A stretch of 64,000 nucleotides of DNA from Candidatus Hydrogenedentota bacterium (GTDB lineage Bacteria > Hydrogenedentota > Hydrogenedentia > Hydrogenedentales > SLHB01). The position numbers and the translations under genes are program-made. How positions within the stretch are numbered: position 1 is the stretch's first letter; each line of letters starts with the position of its first letter. The notes beneath the pieces are model-generated. The model was not told where the DNA came from. It saw only the letters and a program-made list of their open reading frames with translations, and did no database searches. Shown in pieces: positions 27,141 to 36,002 of this stretch. The DNA is taken from positions 128,001 through 192,000 of the forward strand of contig BTVY01000003.1 in NCBI GenBank assembly GCA_045863335.1. The letters run 5' to 3'.

Positions 27141-29273
27141 GTGGAGCGCGCGATTAAAAATCCCCTGTGGAAACCTTCGAGCATCTTTTTGATTGCTTTG
27201 TCCTTGTCGATGGGGTGGGGGATGCGCGGGAACTTTGGACACGAGTCCGGCGCGTGGATCCCGGGGGCCTTGGCGGCCATGGCCATCGCCATCCTGTCGC
27301 AACGGGAGGACTGGCGGCAGCGCGTTCATTTCTTCGCTCTCTTTGGCGGGTTGGGCCTCGGGTTCGGTGGCTCCATTTCGTACATGTACGCCATCTCCTT
27401 CACCATGTCCGGACACCTGCCGTCCATCTGGTATGGCTACCTCCTCACCTTCTTCGAGGGCGCGCTCTGGTGCGGACTCGGCGGCGCGGGCATGGCCCTG
27501 GCCGCGACGGCCAAACGCGAGCGCTTGACCGGCCTCATCGTCCCCATGTGTTACGTCATCGTCGCGCTGGTGGTTCACAAACTCATTGAAGAACCCGTCG
27601 CGCGCCTCCTGAATCCGCCCGCGGCGGAGGCCATGGACGCGGTCTGGCACCGGCAGAAGAGTCCCCTTTACTGGTTCGACGCGGACTGGTTCTCGGCGCT
27701 GATGGCCTTCCTCGGCGTGTGCGTGTACGACCTCGTGAGCCGCGCGCGGGACAAGGCGTTCCCGCTGTCCGCCGCGATCCTGGTCATGTTCCTCGTGGGC
27801 GGCGCGGCGCTCGGCTTCCTCGTGCAGACGGGCGTCCGGGCTGTGGGCGTGGAAGACGCGATCACCAACGCGCTGAACGTGCCCCTTGGCGATCCCGCTG
27901 CCATCAATCCCGAAACGGGCATCGCGTATGGCGACGAGATCGATGAGCGCACGGAAGCGCCCTACGGGCTGACCAACTTCCTGACGAACTGGCCGCAACC
28001 CTTCAGCGACTACCCGCAACACGTGGGCTGGGTGCTCGGGCTTCTGATCGGTTGGACCCTCTATTTCCTCATTTTCGGCAAGTGGTATAACGACAGCGGG
28101 CTCTTCCTCTACATGTCCCTCGGTTGGCTAGTGAGTTTCATGCTCTTTCCCGTGCTCGGCACGGCCCTGCTGTACCATATCGGCATGGCCCTGCGCGAAG
28201 GCGGATCGGACGTGTACGTCCCGCTCTTCGGCGGGTTCCGGTTGATGCCGCCGCGCAGCGACGATTGGGCCGGCATCTTCGGCGTGTTCGTCGCCGCGAT
28301 CCTGTACTGCATGCGCAAGGGTTGGAAACCGGTTGCCCTCGGCGCGAGCCTGAGCGCCCTCATCGGCGGGATCATGTTCGCCACCATGCAACTTATCCGC
28401 AGCCTGCTCGTCGCGCCCGGCAACCAATTCCTGAACGACGGCACGACACCGCCGGAATGGGCCCACTACCAGAGCGCGAACTGGCACAGCTTCCTCGAAC
28501 AATCCCAGGGCTTCGGCCACGGCATGGCCTTCGCCGTCACCGCGGCCGTGTTGTGGTCCGTCGTGAAGACCCACAAGGACGAGCCGCGCGTGCGACCCTG
28601 GACCGAGATCTTCGCGGTCGCCTTCGTGCTGCTCTTCATGGTCTACGCGAACCTCTACAAAAACGTGGCGCAATGGACCGGCGGAGGCAAACCGCTCGTG
28701 CCCGAATCCATGAAGCCGCCGCTGATCGCGGAACTGTTCACGGGGCCGGAAAACCCCGTCACCTTCAGCGCGCTCACGTGGTTCAACCTCGTCTGGATCG
28801 CGGCGGGCGCGGCGCTCATCGGACTCATGATCGCCCACCTCCGCGGACGCCGCGTGGAGATCGTGCCGTCCAGTTGGGTGGGGAAGGGGCAGCTCCTCTA
28901 CGTGCTCGTCCTGTGGGGGATGGTGATCGGCAACTTCGAACGCGCCCTGCCCGGCTTCGCCGAAGGACGCCTCATCACCGAGTGGGTCATCTTCATCAAC
29001 GCGGCCCTCGCCACGTTCCTCCTGGGTTACCTGCCGCGTCCAACGGCGGAGACCCTCACCATCGAAGAGCCGGAACCTTTCCGCCCGCGCCTCGGCAAGG
29101 TCTGGGCCATCGGCCTGCCGGTTGCCATCGTCCTCATGACGCTCTACACCGGCATCATCCGCGGCGTCTACGGCGACGCCTCCGTCGGCCACCCCGACCT
29201 CTCCCACAAACGCTTCGGCCCTGAAGCCGTCTGGGCCGTGAAGCCGATCCTGAAAGAGGGCAAGCACCGGTAG
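27141..29273 (+). CDS. Large multi-pass membrane protein of unknown function
   Basis: AAGGAG RBS and GTG start; many TM helices; GNFGHESGA motif; strong codon bias. Confidence 0.8.
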   Translation: MERAIKNPLWKPSSIFLIALSLSMGWGMRGNFGHESGAWIPGALAAMAIAILSQREDWRQRVHFFALFGGLGLGFGGSISYMYAISFTMSGHLPSIWYGYLLTFFEGALWCGLGGAGMALAATAKRERLTGLIVPMCYVIVALVVHKLIEEPVARLLNPPAAEAMDAVWHRQKSPLYWFDADWFSALMAFLGVCVYDLVSRARDKAFPLSAAILVMFLVGGAALGFLVQTGVRAVGVEDAITNALNVPLGDPAAINPETGIAYGDEIDERTEAPYGLTNFLTNWPQPFSDYPQHVGWVLGLLIGWTLYFLIFGKWYNDSGLFLYMSLGWLVSFMLFPVLGTALLYHIGMALREGGSDVYVPLFGGFRLMPPRSDDWAGIFGVFVAAILYCMRKGWKPVALGASLSALIGGIMFATMQLIRSLLVAPGNQFLNDGTTPPEWAHYQSANWHSFLEQSQGFGHGMAFAVTAAVLWSVVKTHKDEPRVRPWTEIFAVAFVLLFMVYANLYKNVAQWTGGGKPLVPESMKPPLIAELFTGPENPVTFSALTWFNLVWIAAGAALIGLMIAHLRGRRVEIVPSSWVGKGQLLYVLVLWGMVIGNFERALPGFAEGRLITEWVIFINAALATFLLGYLPRPTAETLTIEEPEPFRPRLGKVWAIGLPVAIVLMTLYTGIIRGVYGDASVGHPDLSHKRFGPEAVWAVKPILKEGKHR

Positions 29274-29767
29274 GGCATGAGTCGGTCGAGCTAGAACTTT
29301 GTCTCGCTCCGCAAACGCAGGGAACGTTCAGAAGTGGCGGACGACCCCGATGCACCCTGGTGATAGGGTGTCCTCTCACCGAGTTCACGATCTGCGCGAT
29401 TGCATCCTTATCAATGATCAGTAATTGCAATGCGTGTTCGACTTCATGAAAAGGGGGGTGAGGTGTTTCGTGGAAGTGCGGTGCGATAAATTCGATAATT
29501 TACGGGTATTCTAAGATATCTTAGAATTGACTTTTCGGGTGTCTTGACGTAATCTGAACTTGGTGTGGCTGGGCATATCTTGGGACCGTTTTCTGGGACA
29601 GCATCTTTGAACTGAACTCGGTGCAGAGCATCGCTGTGTCTCGCCATCGAGGGTTGGCGCTGCGCCCACCGCGCAGGGAAGGGAGTTTATGTATGTTTGC
29701 TTTAATAGCACGACCCGTTTTTCGAAACCGGGTGGATGGCGTTGGGTACTTAATTTGGCGATCGCGC

Positions 29768-32401
29768 GTGAAGCGACAACTATTGGCAGTCGGGATGCTA
29801 ATGATTCTGGTCGCGCCACTGGCTGTCTCACAGGACGCCGATCTCGATCTTGATGTTTTCGCCATCGGCACGCCGCGCGCCGGCGGGGCGATGCACTACG
29901 AGTACAGTATCAAGAATTTGGGACCAGATCCCGCTGAGAACGTCACGCTCCGTGATTTCTTACCGGACGAGATTGAGTTCATCGATGCCTTTCTCGATCC
30001 GGATGGAGACGGACCGATCAATCCCCAGCCGCTGGGCATTACGATCGGGTCTGGCGCCATGTTTTGCAGCCTTGGCGATGTTCCCGTGACGGTTGACGTC
30101 CCAATATTTGTCTTCCTGAACTTCCGGATACTGCCGGACGTTCCCGATGGGACCGCATTCAGCAACAGCGCCGATCTCTTTCTGAGCGATACGAATGATC
30201 CCGACTTCTCCAACAACAGTGACAGTACAAATATCAATGTGCAGACGACTGCCGATGTGGCGATTGCTGCCACGGCTTTCCCCAATCCAGTGGTTGCCGG
30301 CGACATTTTGACCTACGACTTGGGAGTCTCCAACCTGGGACTAAGTGATGCGCAGGGCGTGGTCGTGTTCGCCGTGCTGCCGGACGAGGCCGAGGCGCTA
30401 CTTGGCAAGTCCATTCCCAATTGCACGCAACCCCCGAATCTGGTGGGACTACGGGCCTTACTGAACGGAGCGAATGAGGTTCCGCCTGCCGTCGCGCCCA
30501 CGGACCCGACTGGTGTGGCCACGTTTGTTCTGAATACGGATACGAACGAGTTGATCTACTCGATCGAGGTCTCGGACATTACGAGCGATATCACGCTATC
30601 GCATATCCATGCCGCCCCTGCGGGTGTGAACGGACCCGTCGAGGTCACCCTGTTCAGCGGCGGCCTGGATTTTGATTCCACCAAACCGCTCGTGGATTCC
30701 GTCACGATCGCGCCGGCTCAGACGGCCGACCTGATTGCGAATCCGCAGAATTATTATGTCAACGTGCACACGTCCGACTTTCCCGCGGGCGAGATCCGCG
30801 CACAGCTCGCACTGACCACGAATTCACCGGTCCGCTGCGAGATCGGCACGGTCGCGGCTGATGGCGAAGTTGCGTTCGAACTCCCGGCCCTCGTCGATCC
30901 GAATGCGACACCACTCGGCGAAATCCACAATGTCGCCATCGTGACGAGCGAGACAGACGACGATTCGGGCACGCACTTCAATGACATCGCCGCAACGGAC
31001 ACCTTGGTCGACACGTTGGCCGACCTGCAGGTGACTCAAGTCAGCGCGAAATCCACCACCGTTCAAGCGGGTGAAGTGTTCACGTACAGCATCTACGTGG
31101 ACAACTTCGGGCCCAGCTTCGCGTCGGGCGTCGCCGTTGGCGCTGTGCTTGAATCGACGGGCACCTTTGACCTCATCGATGTCACCTCCGATCGCGATAC
31201 CGATGTCTCCCTGACGCCGGGCGGCGGACCTTTTGCCGTCGCGGGTTCGGCGCTGCCTCCGGCGGCTCCGCCGGCGCCCTTCGGCGTGAACGCGCCGACG
31301 GGGATCGCCGACATCGACCGGCACCTGGAATTCACCTGCGATCTGACCGGCGGCGACGATCCGCTGTTGGCGGGATCGCTCGGGCTGCTGGATTCCGGCA
31401 CGCCGCCATCGACCGGGCGTTGGACGCTGATCGTCCGTGCCCGCGCGCGCAGTGCGCAGACGATCAATAGCGTGGTGACCGTGGTCTCGGATACGGCTGA
31501 AACCAATACGAGCAACAACCAGGCGGTGGACATGGTTTCCGTGCTGAACACCGCCGACCTGGAGATCACGAAGACTGCAACGGCCGGTCCGGTTATCCCC
31601 GGCGACACGATCACCTATGACATCACCGTGACCAATCTCGGGCCCTCGCCGGCGGCCGATGTCGTCATTCAGGACAATCTGCCCGCGGGCGTAGAGGTCG
31701 TGAGCGTGAGCGGCCTGACGCCGGGCGGCGGTGCGGCGGCCTGCGTGGGCGGAACGCCGGGGAATCCATTGGATCCCGCAACGTGCTTCCTCGGCACGGT
31801 TCTCGCGGGCGAGAGCGGCTCCATGTCCATCGAAGTGCGCGTGGGCGGAGACATCCCGCTGGATCCCTTGACCGGCGATCGCATTCTTCACAATGCCGCG
31901 CGCGTGTCGAGCGCGACCTTCGATCCGGTCAATGCAAACAACCTCGCGGGCACCTTCACGACCGTCGAATGCGCGATACTCGCCGCTCCGACCGGCTTGA
32001 CCGCAAGCGACGGCACCGAGTTCCACTCCGTCATTCTGACCTGGGACGCAGTGCCCGGCGCCGTGGAGTATGCCGTGTACCGGAATAGCATCAACGATTT
32101 CGGCACGGCGGACCGCCTTGCAACCGTTGTGGGGACCACCTATGTGGACCTGGAACCCTTCACCACGGGCGGATTCCTGAGCTGCAACCAGGGCAACCTC
32201 GTGGAGTTCACCTACTGGGTAGCCGCAGTGAACACCTGCGGCGAGAGCGACCCCAGCGCACCGGACGTGGGATTCGAGAATCCGGCCAAGTCCGCTTCGC
32301 TCGTTCCGAGCACGGAACAGGCCGGAGACCTCGCAGTGATCGGCGGTCTTCTCATGGCCCTGGCGCTTTTCCGCGTACGGCAAGTCCGTAGATCCGCATA
32401 A
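29768..32401 (+). CDS. Secreted DUF11-repeat protein with CHRD domain, FN3-like domain and C-terminal membrane anchor
   Basis: Signal peptide; four DUF11-like repeats (ADL.ITK...YDITVTNLGPS.A); CHRD motifs (GANEVPP, SHIH, YVNVHT, GEIRAQL); APTGLTASDG; GDL-TM-RRS tail. Confidence 0.8.
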   Translation: MKRQLLAVGMLMILVAPLAVSQDADLDLDVFAIGTPRAGGAMHYEYSIKNLGPDPAENVTLRDFLPDEIEFIDAFLDPDGDGPINPQPLGITIGSGAMFCSLGDVPVTVDVPIFVFLNFRILPDVPDGTAFSNSADLFLSDTNDPDFSNNSDSTNINVQTTADVAIAATAFPNPVVAGDILTYDLGVSNLGLSDAQGVVVFAVLPDEAEALLGKSIPNCTQPPNLVGLRALLNGANEVPPAVAPTDPTGVATFVLNTDTNELIYSIEVSDITSDITLSHIHAAPAGVNGPVEVTLFSGGLDFDSTKPLVDSVTIAPAQTADLIANPQNYYVNVHTSDFPAGEIRAQLALTTNSPVRCEIGTVAADGEVAFELPALVDPNATPLGEIHNVAIVTSETDDDSGTHFNDIAATDTLVDTLADLQVTQVSAKSTTVQAGEVFTYSIYVDNFGPSFASGVAVGAVLESTGTFDLIDVTSDRDTDVSLTPGGGPFAVAGSALPPAAPPAPFGVNAPTGIADIDRHLEFTCDLTGGDDPLLAGSLGLLDSGTPPSTGRWTLIVRARARSAQTINSVVTVVSDTAETNTSNNQAVDMVSVLNTADLEITKTATAGPVIPGDTITYDITVTNLGPSPAADVVIQDNLPAGVEVVSVSGLTPGGGAAACVGGTPGNPLDPATCFLGTVLAGESGSMSIEVRVGGDIPLDPLTGDRILHNAARVSSATFDPVNANNLAGTFTTVECAILAAPTGLTASDGTEFHSVILTWDAVPGAVEYAVYRNSINDFGTADRLATVVGTTYVDLEPFTTGGFLSCNQGNLVEFTYWVAAVNTCGESDPSAPDVGFENPAKSASLVPSTEQAGDLAVIGGLLMALALFRVRQVRRSA

Positions 32402-32421
32402 TCGCAACGACGGTATCGACT

Positions 32422-32461
32422 CCGGGCTCCGGCAGGCCACCCGCCCGCCGGAGCCCGGTTT
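32422..32461 (+). terminator. Putative intrinsic terminator after the DUF11 gene
   Basis: ccgggctccggc...gccggagcccgg 12-bp stem followed by ttt. Confidence 0.55.
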
Positions 32462-32607
32462 GGGTTCGGGGTTGACAAAAACGTTGCCCAATTTGCCTCC
32501 GCCCCCGGCCTTGTGCTAGGCTACGTTGTTTGTTTTCAACGCCCGCGCGTTCCTAATTCATGTCTTATTCGGGATCGATGGAAGTGGGGTAGAAAGGGGT
32601 AATTGTT

Positions 32608-33363
32608 GTGAGAAGGCCGCTTGTAGCTGGGAACTGGAAGATGAACCACCTCGTGGGGACGGCGGTGGAGACGGCGAACGCGCTGAAGGCGCTGGTCGCG
32701 GACGTGGATTCCGCGGATATCGTCATCTGCCCGGTGTTTACGGCGTTGGACGCGGTTGGGAAGGCCCTGGCGGGGTCGAACATCCAGCTGGGCGCGCAGA
32801 ACTGCTACCTCAAGGAGAGCGGGGCGTATACGGGCGAGATTTCGCCGCAGATGTTGCTGGACGTGGGCTGCGCGTGGACGATCGTCGGCCACAGCGAGCG
32901 GCGTCAGTATTTCGGCGAGACGGACGATATCTTGAATCAGAAGCTGAAGTTCGCGCTGGGCGCGGGGTTGAAGGTGATGTTCTGCATCGGCGAGACCCTG
33001 GAAGAGCGCGAAGGCGGCAAGATGAACGACGTGTTGATCCGCCAGGTGACGCATGGGTTGCAGGGCCTCGCGGAATCGGATTTCGCGAATGTGTCCGTCG
33101 CGTATGAACCCGTCTGGGCCATCGGCACGGGCGTGACGGCGACGCCGGATCAGGCGCAGGAAGCCCATGCCTTCGTGCGCGGGCTGGTGAAGGACCAGTT
33201 TGGTGCAACCGTCGCGGACGGATTGCGGATACAATATGGTGGCAGCGTCAAACCGGACAATGCCGCGGAACTGATGGCGAAGCCGGATGTGGACGGGTCG
33301 CTCGTGGGCGGCGCCGCGTTGAAGGCGGACAGCTTCGCAGGTATTGTTAAGGCTTCGGTTTAG
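32608..33363 (+). CDS. tpiA: Triosephosphate isomerase
   Basis: AGNWKMN, GHSERR, AYEPVWAIGTG, YGGSVK and LVGGA motifs. Confidence 0.98.
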   Translation: MRRPLVAGNWKMNHLVGTAVETANALKALVADVDSADIVICPVFTALDAVGKALAGSNIQLGAQNCYLKESGAYTGEISPQMLLDVGCAWTIVGHSERRQYFGETDDILNQKLKFALGAGLKVMFCIGETLEEREGGKMNDVLIRQVTHGLQGLAESDFANVSVAYEPVWAIGTGVTATPDQAQEAHAFVRGLVKDQFGATVADGLRIQYGGSVKPDNAAELMAKPDVDGSLVGGAALKADSFAGIVKASV

Positions 33364-33436
33364 TGCCTGGACTCTGGACGACGACTTGGAGTGCGTGACG
33401 TTTGACGCTCCGAAGTAAAGGTAAGAGACATAGCCC

Positions 33437-33715
33437 AAATCCGAAATCCGAAGCACGAAATCCGAAACAAATTCGAAGGACCCAAATTCTAAAGGGTTAG
33501 TTCCCACGCGGCGCGTGGGATTAATGCGCGGCGCGTCCTGCCGTCATCTGTGGTTGCGCCATAGACTTCGTCGAGGCGCGACCAAGATTGAATTTCGTGT
33601 TAAGGGCGTTGATTGGTTTGGATGGTACGTGTACGTGTCCACGGGACGCGTTTCGGATATTTGAATTTTGATTATTGGTGCTTGTTTCGGATTTCGTGCT
33701 TCGGATTTCGAATTT
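33437..33715. repeat. Inverted pair of heptamer-periodic repeats (AAATCCG-like)
   Basis: aaatccgaaatccgaagcacgaaatccgaaacaa (33437-33470) versus the reverse complement at 33682-33715, one mismatch. Confidence 0.85.
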
Positions 33716-33774
33716 AGCGCGCCAACGCGGTACTGGCTTGTTGGCAAATACCCCATCGGAGGTAGTTGGTTCTA

Positions 33775-34356
33775 ATGTTAGATGCCATTTTTTCGTGGAA
33801 CACGCTCTGGATCATCATGTGGATCCTGTATCTGCCGGCGTGCATCGGGCTTATCGTGATCGTGCTGTTGCAGAAGGGCAAGAGCAGCGGGTTCGCGGGC
33901 GCGTTCGGCGTCGGCGGCGGATCGGAGACGGTGTTTGGACCGCGCGCGCGGAAGAGTTTGCCGGTGAAAATGACCTACGGCATGGCGGCGCTGTTCATGA
34001 TTCTTTCCATGAGCATGTCGCTGGTAGCGGGCCGGGTGCATCGTGGCGTCGCGCCGGAAGCGGTCGAGGTGGAGGAAACCGCGACAGCGGATCAGGTTTA
34101 CAACGAACTGCTGAGCGATGTGCCGCAGGCGGAATCGACCGGAGCAGCCGAGTCGACCATGGGACCGGGGGATGAAGCGCCTGCCGCGGAACCCGCGCAA
34201 GCAACCGAAACGCCGGCGGAAACGCCCGAAGAAGCGGCAGCGCCGGAGGCCGAGGCCACGCCGGAACCGGAGTCCGAACCAGCCGAGGCGGCCGCGCCTG
34301 CGGCGGAAGAGCCGTCCGGTGAAGCGCCTGCGGAAGAGGCTCCTAACGCCAGTTGA
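33775..34356 (+). CDS. secG: Preprotein translocase subunit SecG with long acidic tail
   Basis: LIVIVLLQKGK...AFG.GGG...FG motif with two TM helices; follows tpiA. Confidence 0.9.
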   Translation: MLDAIFSWNTLWIIMWILYLPACIGLIVIVLLQKGKSSGFAGAFGVGGGSETVFGPRARKSLPVKMTYGMAALFMILSMSMSLVAGRVHRGVAPEAVEVEETATADQVYNELLSDVPQAESTGAAESTMGPGDEAPAAEPAQATETPAETPEEAAAPEAEATPEPESEPAEAAAPAAEEPSGEAPAEEAPNAS

Positions 34357-34450
34357 CGTGATTCGCGTGTATGACGATTTTGTTCCGGCCCAAGGCGCGC
34401 AGAAGGCTTTGGGCCGGTCGTTTTTGAGGCCCTTGAGCGGGAAGCGAAGA

Positions 34451-34608
34451 ACATCCCCCTTGATCCCCCTTCGAAGGGGGAATTGGCGGACATCAAGGTC
34501 CGGCAAGGTGGGTACGCGATTCGCTCCGAATTGAAGGCCCGACTCCCAATGTGGCAACGCAAAGCGTTGCGTCAAATTCCCCCTTTGAAGGGGGACTAAG
34601 GGGGATGT
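34451..34608. repeat. Inverted pair of CCCCCTT-AAGGGGG palindromic repeats
   Basis: acatcccccttgatcccccttcgaagggggaatt (34451-34484) versus aattccccctttgaagggggactaagggggatgt (34575-34608), 3 mismatches. Confidence 0.85.
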
Positions 34609-34680
34609 TGTTTGGGGGTATGTTTCGCGTAGTGGCTGAAGTCTGACTGGTTTCTGGCACAGGATGAAAGGAAGGACGCG

Positions 34681-35934
34681 TTGGATAGAATCCTGATTCG
34701 TGGCGGACGGCCCTTGCGTGGGGCGGTGCAGGTGCGGGGTGCGAAGAACTCGGCCCTGCCGCTGATGGCCGCGTCCATTCTGGCCGAAGAGGCGTGCACA
34801 CTTCACAACATTCCCTGCCTCCACGACGTGTTCACCATGGACAAGCTCCTGTCGTCCTTCGGCGCGAAGATTGAGTTCACCGGGCGCTACATGACCATCG
34901 ACGCGTCGACCCTCGACAACTTTGTCGCCCACTACGACCTGGTGCGGAAGATGCGCGCTTCGTTCTTCGTGCTGGGGCCCATGCTGGCGCGGTTTCACAA
35001 GGCGCGCGTTTCCTTGCCCGGCGGGTGCGCCATTGGCACGCGCCCCGTCGATATCCATCTCAAAGGTCTGGAAGCGATGGGGGCCAACATCGCGATTGAA
35101 GACGGCTACGTCATCGCCGAGGGCGCGTTGAAAGGCGTCGACTTTTCGCTCGACTTTCCCAGCGTCGGCGCGACGGAGAACCTCCTTATGGCGGCCAGCC
35201 GCGCGCGCGGCGTGACGCGCCTGAACAACGTGGCGCGGGAACCGGAGATCGTCGACCTGGCCCACTTCTTGAACGCCATGGGCGCGCAGATTTCCGGCGC
35301 GGGCACCGACCTGATCACGATTGTCGGCGTGGACGCCCTAGGCGGCACGGAGCACGTTGTGATTCCCGACCGCATTGAGACGGGGACCTTCCTCATTGCG
35401 GGTTTGGCGACGGGCGGTGATGTGACGGTGCAGAACGCGAACCCGGATCATTTGCCTACCTTCCTGAACAAGCTCCGCGATGCGGGCGGGGAAGTGGAGG
35501 TGCACGGGACCCGCATTCGCGCGTCCGCGAAGAACGGCCTCAAAGGTGTCGATATCACGACGCAACCCTTCCCGGGATTCCCGACCGATCTCCAGGCACA
35601 GATGATGTCCATGCTCTGCCTGGCGCAAGGGGTGAGCGTCATGCGCGAATCGGTGTTTGAAAACCGCTTCATGCAGGTGGCCGAGCTGATCCGTATGGGC
35701 GCCGACATTGATCTGGACGGCAACGCGGCGATCGTTCGCGGCGTGAACGGGTTGAGCGGCGCGCCGGTGATGGCATCCGACCTGCGCGCGAGCGCGGCGC
35801 TGGTCGTGGCGGGCCTCAGTGCGGCTAAGGGCGAAACGTCCATCGCCCGGGTGTATCACATCGACCGCGGCTACGAACGGATTGAAGAGCGTCTCGCGAG
35901 CCTCGGCGCGGATATCGAACGCGTCCGGGATTAG
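34681..35934 (+). CDS. murA: UDP-N-acetylglucosamine 1-carboxyvinyltransferase
   Basis: GAKNSALP, LPGGCAIGTRP, PGFPTDLQAQ, ENRF and DLRA motifs. Confidence 0.98.
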   Translation: MDRILIRGGRPLRGAVQVRGAKNSALPLMAASILAEEACTLHNIPCLHDVFTMDKLLSSFGAKIEFTGRYMTIDASTLDNFVAHYDLVRKMRASFFVLGPMLARFHKARVSLPGGCAIGTRPVDIHLKGLEAMGANIAIEDGYVIAEGALKGVDFSLDFPSVGATENLLMAASRARGVTRLNNVAREPEIVDLAHFLNAMGAQISGAGTDLITIVGVDALGGTEHVVIPDRIETGTFLIAGLATGGDVTVQNANPDHLPTFLNKLRDAGGEVEVHGTRIRASAKNGLKGVDITTQPFPGFPTDLQAQMMSMLCLAQGVSVMRESVFENRFMQVAELIRMGADIDLDGNAAIVRGVNGLSGAPVMASDLRASAALVVAGLSAAKGETSIARVYHIDRGYERIEERLASLGADIERVRD

Positions 35935-36002
35935 GTGCGCATGGGAAGTTGTATTCTTGGGAAAACTGAAGATCGCCATTTTCCCAGGACTGGGGAAAGA
36001 TC

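Noticed and set aside
26994-28022. N-terminal 340 aa of the 1054-aa ORF in the track
   Set aside because: Antisense to the membrane-protein gene; a strong AAGGAGGT RBS marks the real start at 26993.
29280-29480. Minus-strand frame containing HEVEH (HExxH-like)
   Set aside because: No start or RBS, and the surrounding translation is not protein-like; probably chance.
30824-32491. 555-aa minus-strand ORF, and similar long overlaps at 14070-15512, 33778-35265 and 3673-4923
   Set aside because: Shadow frames of well-supported genes in high-GC DNA.
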